From: Candidatus Omnitrophota bacterium
Lineage (GTDB): Bacteria > Omnitrophota > Gorgyraeia > B26-G9
Reading direction: 5' to 3'
DNA: 64,000 nt
Assembly: GCA_018895275.1 (NCBI GenBank)
Contig: JAHIOQ010000073.1
Location: 11,472-75,471 of the forward strand
This document shows, piece by piece, positions 35,659 through 45,347 of the stretch (positions are counted from its first letter, which is position 1; the number at the start of each line of letters is the position of its first letter). The notes under the pieces were generated by a model. It saw only the letters and a program-made list of their open reading frames with translations, did not search any database and was not told the DNA's origin. Position numbers and translations under genes: made by a program.

Positions 35659-37629
35659 ATGCTGGAATTAAAAAACATTCACAAAACATATCAGATGGGC
35701 AAGGTCGAAGTCAGGGCCTTGCGCGATATTTCCTTGACGATAACTCCGGGTGAGTTTGTGGCGATTATGGGGCCTTCGGGCTCGGGAAAATCCACGCTCA
35801 TGCATGTCCTGGGGCTTTTGGATAGAGCGGATGCGGGAGAATATCGTCTGGGAAAACATAAGATTAACGGGCTTGCTGATGATGAATTATCGGCAATACG
35901 GAACCGGCTCATCGGTTTTGTCTTTCAGCAATTTCATCTTCTGCCGAGGATGACGGCTCTCGACAATGTCGAACTGCCTTTGATTTACGCGGGGAAACAG
36001 GTCTTTGCCGGGAAGGCCAGGCGCGAAATAGAGGAGGTCGGCCTTGGCGACCGCATAAGCCACCGGCCGAATGAGCTTTCCGGGGGGCAGCAGCAGCGCG
36101 TAGCAATTGCGCGGGCACTGGTAAGCGCCCCTTTGATAATTCTCGCGGATGAGCCTACGGGAAATCTTGATTCAAAAAGCAAAGAAGAAATAATCGCGAT
36201 TCTTAAGGCGTTAAACCAAAAAGGCAAAACCCTGATTATTGTTACGCATGAAGCGGATATTGCCGCGCAGGCAAAACGTGTTATCAAAATGTTTGACGGC
36301 CGTATTGTCAGCGATAAGGCGCTAGCGCCTCTGCGTGAGCCTGCCAGCGAAGGCCGCGTTGATGAAATCATTGATGCGCTCCTGTCGAAATCCGGCACCA
36401 CATACCGCAAGACAAAGTTTTTTGAATACCTGCACCAGGCAGCCAGGGCCATGCTTTCGCATAAAATGCGTTCTTTTCTTTCCGTGCTCGGCATATTAAT
36501 CGGCGTGGCCGCCGTGATTGCCATGCTCGCGCTCGGCCAGGGCGCTAAGGAATCCATTAAGCAGCAGTTATTATCGCTCGGCTCTAATCTTCTCGTTGTG
36601 CGGCCCGGTTCCGCCAAGGTTCACGGCGTAGCTATGGAGCCGGGGGCGATGACGCGGTTTACCTTCCTGGATGTTTCGGCTATCGGGAGACTTTCTGAAT
36701 TGGTAGCCCGGGTAAGCCCCTCGGTTGAAGGCCGGGGGCAGATGGAATATGCAAGCAGGAACTGGAATACGCAGGTTAGCGGCGTGGGTGTGGACTATGC
36801 GCCGATGCGCGCCGTAGAGCCGGCATTGGGAAGGTTTTTCACGGAAGATGAGGTAAAGACGCGGGCGAAGGTTGCCCTGTTGGGGACTACAGTGGTTAAA
36901 GAGCTTTTCGGCGATAAAGACCCCATCGGCGAAGATGTAAAGTTAAACAAGATCTATTTTAAAATAATCGGCATATTACCTTCAAAAGGGGCGAGTACCT
37001 TTCACGACCAGGATGATACGGTGATTATTCCCGTGACCACGGCGATGTACCGGGTATTTGGAAAAGAATATATTGACACGATTTTTGTGGAAGCTAAGAA
37101 TACGGAATTGATCGAACCCGCGCAGCAGGCGATTAAGGAGCTGATGATTAAATTACACCGGTTGAACAAAAGCGAGGCAGAGGATTCTTTTCAGATCCGT
37201 AACATGTCGGATATCAAGAACACGCTTGAGACAACGACAAGGACCATGTCCGTACTGCTGGGGTCCATTGCCGCGATTTCCCTGTTTGTCGGCGGCATCG
37301 GGATAATGAATATTATGCTTGTTTCCGTTACCGAACGCACGCGTGAGATCGGCCTGCGCAAGGCGATCGGAGCAAATAATAAAGATATAATGATTCAGTT
37401 CCTTATCGAGGCGGTGTTAATGTCGTTTATCGGCGGCATAAGCGGCATAATCCTTGGCAGCGGCGTATCCGTATTAATAACCCTTTTTGCCGGGTGGTCG
37501 GTAAAGGTATCCCTGTCTTCCGTACTGCTGGCAACCGTGTTTTCGTTGATGGTTGGAGTAGGGTTCGGCCTCTGGCCGGCAAAGCAGGCCGCGGCACTCA
37601 ACCCGATTGACGCGCTTCGATACGAATAG
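35659..37629 (+). CDS. MacB-type ABC transporter (fused ATPase + FtsX-like permease)
   Basis: GPSGSGKST, LSGGQQQRVAIARAL, ILADEP and VTHE, then four TM helices with a large periplasmic loop and an RTREIGLRKAIGA motif. Confidence 0.85.
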   Translation: MLELKNIHKTYQMGKVEVRALRDISLTITPGEFVAIMGPSGSGKSTLMHVLGLLDRADAGEYRLGKHKINGLADDELSAIRNRLIGFVFQQFHLLPRMTALDNVELPLIYAGKQVFAGKARREIEEVGLGDRISHRPNELSGGQQQRVAIARALVSAPLIILADEPTGNLDSKSKEEIIAILKALNQKGKTLIIVTHEADIAAQAKRVIKMFDGRIVSDKALAPLREPASEGRVDEIIDALLSKSGTTYRKTKFFEYLHQAARAMLSHKMRSFLSVLGILIGVAAVIAMLALGQGAKESIKQQLLSLGSNLLVVRPGSAKVHGVAMEPGAMTRFTFLDVSAIGRLSELVARVSPSVEGRGQMEYASRNWNTQVSGVGVDYAPMRAVEPALGRFFTEDEVKTRAKVALLGTTVVKELFGDKDPIGEDVKLNKIYFKIIGILPSKGASTFHDQDDTVIIPVTTAMYRVFGKEYIDTIFVEAKNTELIEPAQQAIKELMIKLHRLNKSEAEDSFQIRNMSDIKNTLETTTRTMSVLLGSIAAISLFVGGIGIMNIMLVSVTERTREIGLRKAIGANNKDIMIQFLIEAVLMSFIGGISGIILGSGVSVLITLFAGWSVKVSLSSVLLATVFSLMVGVGFGLWPAKQAAALNPIDALRYE

Positions 37630-37697
37630 TAAGTATAAGCAGGTAAGCAGACGCTTTATTGAACATAATTAAAACAAAGAGATTACGATTAAACTAT

Positions 37698-37726
37698 TTG
37701 ACACTCATAACGTGATTTGTTATCAT
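37698..37726 (+). promoter_or_regulatory. Sigma70-type promoter (TTGACA-17-TATCAT) of the Y1 transposase gene
   Basis: TTGACA 37698-37703, 17-nt spacer, TATCAT 37721-37726. ATG 37733 lies 7 nt downstream of the -10. Confidence 0.55.
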
Positions 37727-37732
37727 GTAAGT

Positions 37733-38416
37733 ATGCCGTATCTTGCGAGAAAATATCAAATAAAAGAATCCCTTATGTATCATGTTTTTAACCGAGGGAA
37801 TGGGAAGCGCGATATTTTTCATGATGAAGAAGATTCTAACCGATTTATTAAAATTATAAGTAAATACAGAAAAATAAAGAAGTTTAAGATATATCATTGG
37901 ATAATTATGCCGAATCATTATCATATATTGATGCATTTAGAAGAACCGAGGGCAATATCGAGCATAATGGCCGGAATAGGAAGGTCATATGTGCACTACT
38001 ATCATCCTAAATACGATTCTGCCGGACATTTGTTTCAAGGGAGATTTAAGTGCCAGCCGGTTGAGGCGGAAGAATATCTAATAGCTTGCGGACGATATAT
38101 AGAAAGAAATCCTGTAGCAGCAGGCATAGAAAAAAAAGCGGAAAAATATGTGTTTAGTAGCGCAGGATATTATTGTTATGGTCTAGAAGATGATTTGACG
38201 CAAAGAGATCCTTCTTACGATGGATTTGGGAAAGAGGAGATAGAAAGACAGCATAAATACCGTCAATTTCTAAGAGAATTTGATAGGGATGAAGATCGGG
38301 TGTTTAATAATTTGGAAGAACCGGCAGGATCTGAAGAATTTTTGCGAAGGCTGCAAAGGGAAAAGGGGATATTTGTTCCTAAAAATGGTCGACCTTCACG
38401 TAAACAAGTGAAATAG
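37733..38416 (+). CDS. IS200/IS605-like Y1 (HUH) transposase, REP-associated tyrosine transposase (RAYT)-like
   Basis: YHVFNRGN, HUH motif MPNHYHILM, GHLFQGRFK and YIERNPVAAG (catalytic Tyr region). A single gene with no tnpB. Tracked start is 37712. Confidence 0.8.
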   Translation: MPYLARKYQIKESLMYHVFNRGNGKRDIFHDEEDSNRFIKIISKYRKIKKFKIYHWIIMPNHYHILMHLEEPRAISSIMAGIGRSYVHYYHPKYDSAGHLFQGRFKCQPVEAEEYLIACGRYIERNPVAAGIEKKAEKYVFSSAGYYCYGLEDDLTQRDPSYDGFGKEEIERQHKYRQFLREFDRDEDRVFNNLEEPAGSEEFLRRLQREKGIFVPKNGRPSRKQVK

Positions 38417-38430
38417 TTTAATTGTAACCT

Positions 38431-38510
38431 TAAATTTATCAAAGTGTTTTGTAAAGCGTCTTCTATTTCTATTAAATTTATCAAAGTGTTTTGTAAAGCG
38501 TCTTCTATTT
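38431..38510 (+). repeat. Two tandem 38-nt units (42-nt period) followed by TCTATT stutter
   Basis: TAAATTTATCAAAGTGTTTTGTAAAGCGTCTTCTATTT at 38431-38468 and 38473-38510, then tctattttctattctattcgtctatt. Confidence 0.85.
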
Positions 38511-38539
38511 TCTATTTTCTATTCTATTCGTCTATTATT

Positions 38540-39331
38540 ATGAATAAATTATTTGAACGGCTTAAGCCGGCATTTGGGCCGATACTCGGCGGCTTAATCA
38601 TTGATTTTACCGACCTGGCGACATTTGGGCCTATTGGTATCTACATGGGCGCGGTTATCGGCGGTGCGGTCGGGTACTGGATATGTTCTCTGTATCAATT
38701 GCCGATAAAGCAGAAGATGATCGGAGCAATGTTGGCGGCGATTTACTGCAGCATCCCTTCTACGGAATTTATTCCCGCGGCAACCTTGCTCGGCGCATTT
38801 ATCCGTTTTTCCAGCCCGCGTTTTGACGCGGGGCTAAAAGAGGCCGGAAGAGGAAAAGAGAGAAGGAATGTGATTGATGTGAAGGCGGTTGTGGGGGAAG
38901 AGTTTTCTGCCGGGGGCATAGTTTTCCGAACGGAAGGAGAGGAGATATGTTATCTTCTGGTTTACAGCGGCCGTAACAAGAGATGGGGGTTTCCCAAAGG
39001 CCATATCAAGCGGGATGAAGATGAGAATATAACGGCATTAAGGGAGATAGAGGAAGAGGCGGGATTGCGGGATTTAAGATTGGTTAAGGGGTTCAGATCG
39101 GAAGATGTATATGAGGCCATAAGCAGGCGTGGCCAAACCAAAGGGAAAATCATAAAAAAACATTCGATTTATTTTTTGTTTGAAACGAGTGAGAAAGAGA
39201 TCAAGGTTGACGGCCGGGAGATAACTGATTATAGATGGCTGCGGCTGAAAGAGGCGCTTAAGCTAATAAGTTTTGACAGCGCGAAGGAAATTTTAAGGCA
39301 GGCAGACCGTTTTCCGGCTAAGGCTGCGTAA
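38540..39331 (+). CDS. Membrane-anchored Nudix hydrolase
   Basis: Gly-rich TM segments at the N-terminus, then Nudix box GFPKGHIKRDEDENITALREIEEEAGL. ATG 38540; the tracked start 38444 runs through the tandem repeat. Confidence 0.75.
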   Translation: MNKLFERLKPAFGPILGGLIIDFTDLATFGPIGIYMGAVIGGAVGYWICSLYQLPIKQKMIGAMLAAIYCSIPSTEFIPAATLLGAFIRFSSPRFDAGLKEAGRGKERRNVIDVKAVVGEEFSAGGIVFRTEGEEICYLLVYSGRNKRWGFPKGHIKRDEDENITALREIEEEAGLRDLRLVKGFRSEDVYEAISRRGQTKGKIIKKHSIYFLFETSEKEIKVDGREITDYRWLRLKEALKLISFDSAKEILRQADRFPAKAA

Positions 39332-39346
39332 AAACAGGAGAAGATT

Positions 39347-40438
39347 GTGGCGGAAAGATTTTGTTTTGAGGAGCGGATACTGCGTTTTCCCGATTCTTTG
39401 CGGGTCGGATATCCTTACGTAATAATGGTAGTTATGGCACTTTTATTTTGCGGGGAGCTGCTTTTTCTTCCGATGCTCGCGGTCTCTTTGTTTTTGCTGG
39501 TGTTTTTTAATTTTATTATCGCGAAAATTTTTCTGTTTTTGCCTAAAAGAAGATTTTGTATCGACGCGGAAAATCAGGTCATTATTGTCAATGATAAACA
39601 AAGTATTCCCTTTAACGCCATCAAATCAGTTACCTTGCTGCGCATGGGCAGGGATATCCTGACGAAAATATCCCTGGGTAGGTTTCGCCGTATATATTTG
39701 CCGAAGGTGCATGTAAATCAGGAAGCGGAATTATTGCGTGTGTTGCGGAACAATATAGCTGTGGTAAAGCAAAAATCAACGGCATTAGCTATGGCAATAT
39801 TTATCGTTTTATTAGCCGGAGTTTTCTTGTGGCAGGTTGGCCTGATATATAAAAAAGCATTGCATGTTTTTCCGCGGCAATATGCGCAAAAGAAGATTGA
39901 TAATAGCTTGTGTCCGGATGTCCGGCGGCATTACGTGCTTAACGGTTTTTCCTTTTCTCTTCCGGAAAGTCTCTCGCCGAAAAAAGACACGGATGACGCG
40001 CCTTTCGGCCGGCAATTGACTTTTTCCTCGGAAAATGAGGATATTATCTTAATCGCGGGAACCCCGCGGGAAGAGATGCTCTGGCAGCAGATAAACAAGA
40101 TAAAAGGATGCGCGTTGTTCTTGCGTATAGGGGGTATAAAAAACAGTTATGGCCTAAGCCGGGTTATTTATTATAACCGCATCGGTATCCTGCCGCTGCT
40201 GTTTAAGATGTGCCTGCTGGCGGGAAACGGAAGCGAAGAACTGTACGCGATTGATGGTGTGCAGGCCAAGGGATTCCTGCGTAAAGGCCGGCTGCGGTGG
40301 TCTGATAACACGGAGTGGCAGACCGCGGAGTTGTTTCTCTTTGAACCACAAAAGCAAAGTCAGATGGGATTCAATCTTGTCGGTAAAGACTCCCGCGTGT
40401 TGGAGGCCGTGCTGGCGATGCTGATTCTTCCGGAGTAA
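39347..40438 (+). CDS. Hypothetical membrane protein
   Basis: 363-aa ORF with a GTG start and at least three hydrophobic helices. No motif recognised. Confidence 0.5.
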   Translation: MAERFCFEERILRFPDSLRVGYPYVIMVVMALLFCGELLFLPMLAVSLFLLVFFNFIIAKIFLFLPKRRFCIDAENQVIIVNDKQSIPFNAIKSVTLLRMGRDILTKISLGRFRRIYLPKVHVNQEAELLRVLRNNIAVVKQKSTALAMAIFIVLLAGVFLWQVGLIYKKALHVFPRQYAQKKIDNSLCPDVRRHYVLNGFSFSLPESLSPKKDTDDAPFGRQLTFSSENEDIILIAGTPREEMLWQQINKIKGCALFLRIGGIKNSYGLSRVIYYNRIGILPLLFKMCLLAGNGSEELYAIDGVQAKGFLRKGRLRWSDNTEWQTAELFLFEPQKQSQMGFNLVGKDSRVLEAVLAMLILPE

Positions 40439-40505
40439 AGATAAAAACGATCCTTTGTGGCAAACAATTTTTATTTCATTCTGATTTTTATGTTTGCTTT
40501 TTCGA

Positions 40506-40530
40506 CCGATTATCACCTTAATTGCGAAAG
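40506..40530 (+). repeat. 25-nt direct repeat, copy 1 (CCGATTATCACCTTAATTGCGAAAG)
   Basis: 24/25 identical to 45139..45163. Each copy lies shortly after a gene stop and flanks the 1488-aa gene. Confidence 0.8.
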
Positions 40531-40598
40531 CATCATTATTTAATTTAACATCAATCGCTGAAGCTAGTTATGTAAATGCTGAAATGCGCGATTAACCA

Positions 40599-40627
40599 TT
40601 GCAAAACTGTTAAAAATAGGGTATACT
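40599..40627 (+). promoter_or_regulatory. Promoter TTGCAA-17-TATACT
   Basis: TTGCAA 40599-40604, TATACT 40622-40627. Identical hexamers and spacing recur at 45880..45908. Confidence 0.55.
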
Positions 40628-40684
40628 TTACCACCTGTGTTTGAATCGGCAAAGCCTTACATAAAGAAAAAGAGGCGGATTATA

Positions 40685-43600
40685 ATGAAAAGAAACGGGA
40701 TTAAAATTATCGCCGGACTGCTGATCAGCGCGTTACTGCCTTTCGAGGCGGGTTTCGCGGCCGGCGGGCGCACCAACCTTTCTCCTGCGCTTGAAATCCA
40801 CACAAGGGAAATGATGCATGCCTTTTGGCAGCATAACTCGCCTCGCATTATAAGTGCGCGGCATATCGGCCAATTTAATCCGGCGGCGGATAAGCCCGAC
40901 GATCATTTCTGGGGTATGCTTGGACAGCCATTTTACGTGTATGGAACCGTAACGCTGGAGTTGAAGATGAGCAAGGATAAGGTGGAAGATTTGTTTGATG
41001 AGCAAGGGGGCCTGCGGATGGGGGTATGGACATCCTCTTCCGCCAAAAAGGGAGCTAAGGTAAAAGTGGTACAGGTGCTGGAAGACGGCAAAACCCTGTG
41101 GGAACGCCCCTGGATAGAAGTGAAGAAAAAGGAAGTAATTATTAATATTGCCGAAGGGATAAAAAAGATAGCACAGGAATTGATTGATGAGAATAAGACA
41201 ATTGATGATGTGGAGTGGGACAGTTTGATTGCGCAATTTATTGTTGACACAAAACTGACGATGTTGACGAAGGAAGAACTCTGCGAATTGCTTCGAAAAG
41301 TGATGGTGACAATAAAATTAGACGATCTAAAAGAGATAACGGCGGATAAGATAATCCTGATAATGCAGGAAGCCGGAGCTTATCGCGGGCAGATAGGCAA
41401 TGAATTCCGGCTTGAGCGCGAAGTTTTTCCATTGGAGATACCGGCCTATGCGGATGTTCCGGAAAAAAACGGTTTTATGGAGTTTTCCGTTTATTTTTAT
41501 CCCCGGGATCCGCAATCAGGCGATGCTTTCCGTCATACGACGGGTTGGCAAACTAACGGCGTGATGAAGATTGTTCCCTGCGGCGAGGTTGGCCTCAGCC
41601 CGGAGCAAAGGCTTGCTTTCTATAATGACCTTTGGCTAAAATATGAAAAGAGCAAAGAAGAGACGGAAAGAATCAAAATACTGGGGATTTTGTTGTTTTA
41701 TGCCATAGAGCAAAAAGATGCCCCAAAAGAATTGAACGACAAGATAAAGGGGGCTAAGCCGGATGAAAAAAAACAGATTATCGCGGATTTAGAAAAATTC
41801 AGTTTAAGCGGTATTTTACCATTTTTGGTGCCGCTGCTTAAGACTACAGACAAAGGCGTTAGTGAGCAGGCAAAGAAGGTGATGGTGGATCTTGCCTCAA
41901 AAGAACAGCTTTCTGGGCAAGCGCAGGAGAAGGACAATGAGCACTCAGTCTCCGGGTTGCAAATGCTCTTTGATTTTTGCCGGGAGAGATACATAGACAT
42001 GTCGGGAGGGGAAGAGAGAATTACGTATTTGGTGGTCTTAATTGATGATGCGTTTGTTAAAAATAATGAATACGCCGGAAAGATTCTGGAAGCCTTTTGT
42101 CTTGCTACTACTCCTGCGGAAATTCGCCGGCGTTTTGCCGAAGACCTGAGTAATTTCGAAGCACAGAAAGTCTCCGGATTATTATATCGGCTTTTGCATG
42201 ATAACGATGAAGGTGTCCGTGCGGCGGCGTGGCATACCTATAGAGAGCTGGAAAAAAAAATGTTTTTGTATGCAGTTGTCCACCATATCCGCAATAGATT
42301 GTTTTCAATCGGAGGGAATGTCAGGCTCATCAAAAGGAGACTGCAGGAAAAAAACGAAGCGGGGCTTAATAAGGCTCTGGAAGATGCAGATGCAGACATA
42401 ATTATCAAGAAAGCTACCGAGATGGAACGAATAATAACGGAGGCACCTTCGTACATCTCGTTACCTACGATTAATATGGCAGTGGATTCCTTGGTAACGC
42501 AACTAGACGATCCTATGAGTAAAACAGGAGAGTCGATACGGGGGTTGAATGGTTGCGCGGGGATAGAAGGAATAAAAAACGGGAGAGAGTTAATGAGTGC
42601 AGTGAACACTGAGTTTACTGTTGTTTCCGGGATGTTCGCTAATCTTAAGGGAACTATAGGAATAAACCAAGCAAAGCCGGGATTGCAAAAGATGGCATTA
42701 AACGAAGTTCTGGGTAAATGCTGCAAAGATTTTAAAGCAGGATTAAATATTGAAGAGTTGATAAAAAAAGGAATGAACGGCCTGGCCATTGATTCGGAAA
42801 AGAGGCAAGGTTTTCTGAAAATAGTTGAAGAAGAACTGGAAAAAACTGGAGATTTAACGCAAATAGATGCGGCTGTCCAAGCAATAATGTTAAGAGTCGA
42901 GAAGGAGTTAGGATTAAGAGAGAAAGAAGAAAAATATTTAAAATCAAAAAAAGAGGATTTAAGCGCAAGGCTGTCGCGGATTATGAAGGCAAGGGATATA
43001 AAGGTTGAATTATCCATACCGGCTGGTTCTCCCGTGGAAGCGCTTGCCAGTGAGGAATTGGGAGAGATTATCAAAGCGATGCTCGACAACTCGCTTAAGG
43101 CTCACGCACAAAAGATAACGGTTAGCGTCAAGCGCAGAAGCCTGGGTAAGGTGGAAATATCAATCAAAGATGACGGGCACGGCATGGGCCCGTATGAAAA
43201 ACTCTTCGCGTTTTCGCCTTTTTTCACTACACAGACTTATAAAACGTCGTTCACGCTGCGGCGAGTCAAGCAGATATTGGAGTCTTACGGCGGAAAGATT
43301 TCATTGTTCGCCAGGGAAAATGGCAAAAATGGCGAGAGGGGAGGCGCCGAGTTTGTTATTGAACTGCCGGCCATGGAAGGGAATGAGATCACGGTCGCGG
43401 AAATTATTCGCCTGCAGCAGAAGCTTAAGAACATTTTAGAACGGACGGATAGTTTGCTGAAAATACAGGGCTCTCAACAATCCGATTCGGAGGCTGCTAA
43501 AGAAGATGCGGAGAAAACCCTCATTCGTGATTATCAGGAAAGCGCGAAGAATCTTTTAGAAAAGATAGAGCGATATCAAATTGGTGATTTTTCATTTAAA

Positions 43601-45103
43601 GAAATAATGGATATTTTTAAGCGTTTACGGCTGGAATTTATCGCTAAATACAGCGCGCTGGAAGAAATCTCCGAGACGGAGGATAATTTTGATTTAAAAA
43701 ACAGCGCGGCAGAGGCTATGAACATATTTTTAGGCATTTTAGTTTCCGCGTTCCGTACTACGGAAGATTGTTCTATTATGGAAGTGATTAATGAAGTCGC
43801 AAACTTTTACCGTTCGCAGTTTAAAGATATAAAGCTGAATTTTTCCGGCATCATTGAGAGGGGTTTAGAAAATACGAATGTGTTTATCCCTAAGACGGCC
43901 TTGCGGAAGATATTGAGTGATTTTTTCGTTGCCGCTCGCGAAAACGGGGCAGATGATGCGGGCATAGGTGTTTCATTGGAGGGCCGGGAATTGAAGGTAC
44001 AAGCGAAGATAAATGGAAATACCGGATTTAACGGAGATAATTTTTTATTCAGGGAAAAGGAAGTTATAAACGTTGCCAATGGGCGGACAGAAATTGATGT
44101 TTCGACTGATGAGAAGGTGACCTTTAGCCTGTGGTTGCCGATTAAAACAGATTTAAAAACTCTTCCTTGCCGGCAGTTTAGATTTAGCAAAAAGAAGCGT
44201 CAGGTTATTGTTCTTTTCGGGGATGCCGGTACCAACAGGACTCCGGCGCTTGACTATCTGGCGGCGGTGTTGGGCGGCAAAGCGGAAAATGTCGGATTTT
44301 TGATGCGCGTATTGGCATATTATCTTATCGAAGAACATCCGGGATGGGTAAAGGAGATTGGTAAATTAGCAGCCCCAAAGGATATAAAGGATATAGAGGG
44401 TAAAGAAAAACTTGATGCATTATTGGTTGAGAAGGTTGTTCCGTATGTCAATACGTTTTTGAAGGAAGAAGCGAGGGTAAACATGGATAAAGACCCTTGG
44501 CTGATCAAGAATCTATTCGGGGAATGGATTGATTCTGCTGTAGGCAGTGAGGGGCGGCCTTCTCTGCGAAACCAGATCAAAGAAAAAACCAACCGGGATG
44601 ATTATATGCGGTTTTTTTATTCGTTCAGTAATCATCCGGAAATAAAAAAGATAGTCGAAGGGTTTGCTTTGGATGACGGGATAAAGGCGATGGAAACGGG
44701 AATGGCTAACTGTGTGGTCATTAAATCTACGGATGCATGGAAAATAGAACCATTACGGCAGGATAGACTTGGCATTAACGTCACAAATGTTTTCCTGCAT
44801 GCGCCGCTGGAGGTTAGGGCAGCAAATGCTATTTATTGGGGGTTGGAGGATATTTTAGGTAGAGACGCATTAAAAGACGGCACGAATGGATCTTTAGAGG
44901 AAAAACAAGAAAAAGCGGATTTGTCTTTATTGGTTACAGGCCTAACCGGCCGTCTAATAGGCGATGAGGTTATTAACTTTTTGATAGGGCACAATATTCT
45001 CAAGCGTATTACGGAGTCAAATTCTCCTTCGATAGTTGATGCGGATACGGGCACGCCGGATTATGATAAATCCGTAGTTTTCTTACCTGAACTTGCCATT
45101 TGA
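40685..45103 (+). CDS. Giant (about 1470 aa) histidine-kinase-like protein with N-terminal signal/anchor, helical repeats and two GHKL-ATPase-like modules
   Basis: N-terminus MKRNGIKIIAGLLISALLPFEAGFA. Degenerate H-box-like VVHHIRNRL. HATPase-like IIKAMLDNSLKAH...ISIKDDGHGMGP...GGAEFVIELP. A second, weaker module reads LRKILSDFFVAARENG. C-terminal P-loop-like VLFGDAGTNRT. ATG 40685 follows AGAGG; tracked start is GTG 40637. Confidence 0.7.
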   Translation: MKRNGIKIIAGLLISALLPFEAGFAAGGRTNLSPALEIHTREMMHAFWQHNSPRIISARHIGQFNPAADKPDDHFWGMLGQPFYVYGTVTLELKMSKDKVEDLFDEQGGLRMGVWTSSSAKKGAKVKVVQVLEDGKTLWERPWIEVKKKEVIINIAEGIKKIAQELIDENKTIDDVEWDSLIAQFIVDTKLTMLTKEELCELLRKVMVTIKLDDLKEITADKIILIMQEAGAYRGQIGNEFRLEREVFPLEIPAYADVPEKNGFMEFSVYFYPRDPQSGDAFRHTTGWQTNGVMKIVPCGEVGLSPEQRLAFYNDLWLKYEKSKEETERIKILGILLFYAIEQKDAPKELNDKIKGAKPDEKKQIIADLEKFSLSGILPFLVPLLKTTDKGVSEQAKKVMVDLASKEQLSGQAQEKDNEHSVSGLQMLFDFCRERYIDMSGGEERITYLVVLIDDAFVKNNEYAGKILEAFCLATTPAEIRRRFAEDLSNFEAQKVSGLLYRLLHDNDEGVRAAAWHTYRELEKKMFLYAVVHHIRNRLFSIGGNVRLIKRRLQEKNEAGLNKALEDADADIIIKKATEMERIITEAPSYISLPTINMAVDSLVTQLDDPMSKTGESIRGLNGCAGIEGIKNGRELMSAVNTEFTVVSGMFANLKGTIGINQAKPGLQKMALNEVLGKCCKDFKAGLNIEELIKKGMNGLAIDSEKRQGFLKIVEEELEKTGDLTQIDAAVQAIMLRVEKELGLREKEEKYLKSKKEDLSARLSRIMKARDIKVELSIPAGSPVEALASEELGEIIKAMLDNSLKAHAQKITVSVKRRSLGKVEISIKDDGHGMGPYEKLFAFSPFFTTQTYKTSFTLRRVKQILESYGGKISLFARENGKNGERGGAEFVIELPAMEGNEITVAEIIRLQQKLKNILERTDSLLKIQGSQQSDSEAAKEDAEKTLIRDYQESAKNLLEKIERYQIGDFSFKEIMDIFKRLRLEFIAKYSALEEISETEDNFDLKNSAAEAMNIFLGILVSAFRTTEDCSIMEVINEVANFYRSQFKDIKLNFSGIIERGLENTNVFIPKTALRKILSDFFVAARENGADDAGIGVSLEGRELKVQAKINGNTGFNGDNFLFREKEVINVANGRTEIDVSTDEKVTFSLWLPIKTDLKTLPCRQFRFSKKKRQVIVLFGDAGTNRTPALDYLAAVLGGKAENVGFLMRVLAYYLIEEHPGWVKEIGKLAAPKDIKDIEGKEKLDALLVEKVVPYVNTFLKEEARVNMDKDPWLIKNLFGEWIDSAVGSEGRPSLRNQIKEKTNRDDYMRFFYSFSNHPEIKKIVEGFALDDGIKAMETGMANCVVIKSTDAWKIEPLRQDRLGINVTNVFLHAPLEVRAANAIYWGLEDILGRDALKDGTNGSLEEKQEKADLSLLVTGLTGRLIGDEVINFLIGHNILKRITESNSPSIVDADTGTPDYDKSVVFLPELAI

Positions 45104-45138
45104 GCTTCCTGTAAACTAAATATGATTTTTAGTTCTTG

Positions 45139-45163
45139 CCGATTATCACCTTAATTACGAAAG
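45139..45163 (+). repeat. 25-nt direct repeat, copy 2 (CCGATTATCACCTTAATTACGAAAG)
   Basis: See 40506..40530. Confidence 0.8.
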
Positions 45164-45347
45164 AACCAAAATGCATGTCATTTTTTCGTGTATGGGGGCC
45201 TCCATTAGTGGAAAAAAGTCAAAAAAAAGCAGAATCATGCCATATACAAATCGTTTGATTTAATCCATACTTATTATATAAAGGAGTATTGTATCTATTT
45301 ATTTGTAAAAAGCGCGTATTTTTTTAATATGCGCGTAAAGGTGCGTT

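Noticed and set aside
35985-36617. 210-aa minus-strand ORF inside macB
   Set aside because: It is antisense to a gene with unambiguous ABC motifs. Similar antisense ORFs (300..905, 3588..4070, 11551..13208, 18147..19185, 20281..20688 and others) are rejected for the same reason.
38431-38510. Possible CRISPR array
   Set aside because: There are only two 38-nt units separated by 4 nt, with no spacers and no cas genes. It is a plain tandem duplication.
42238-43089. 283-aa minus-strand ORF inside the 1488-aa gene
   Set aside because: - It is fully antisense to a long plus-strand ORF that has recognisable ATPase motifs.
- It is Ser/Phe/Ile-rich, as expected from reading a Lys/Glu-rich gene backwards.
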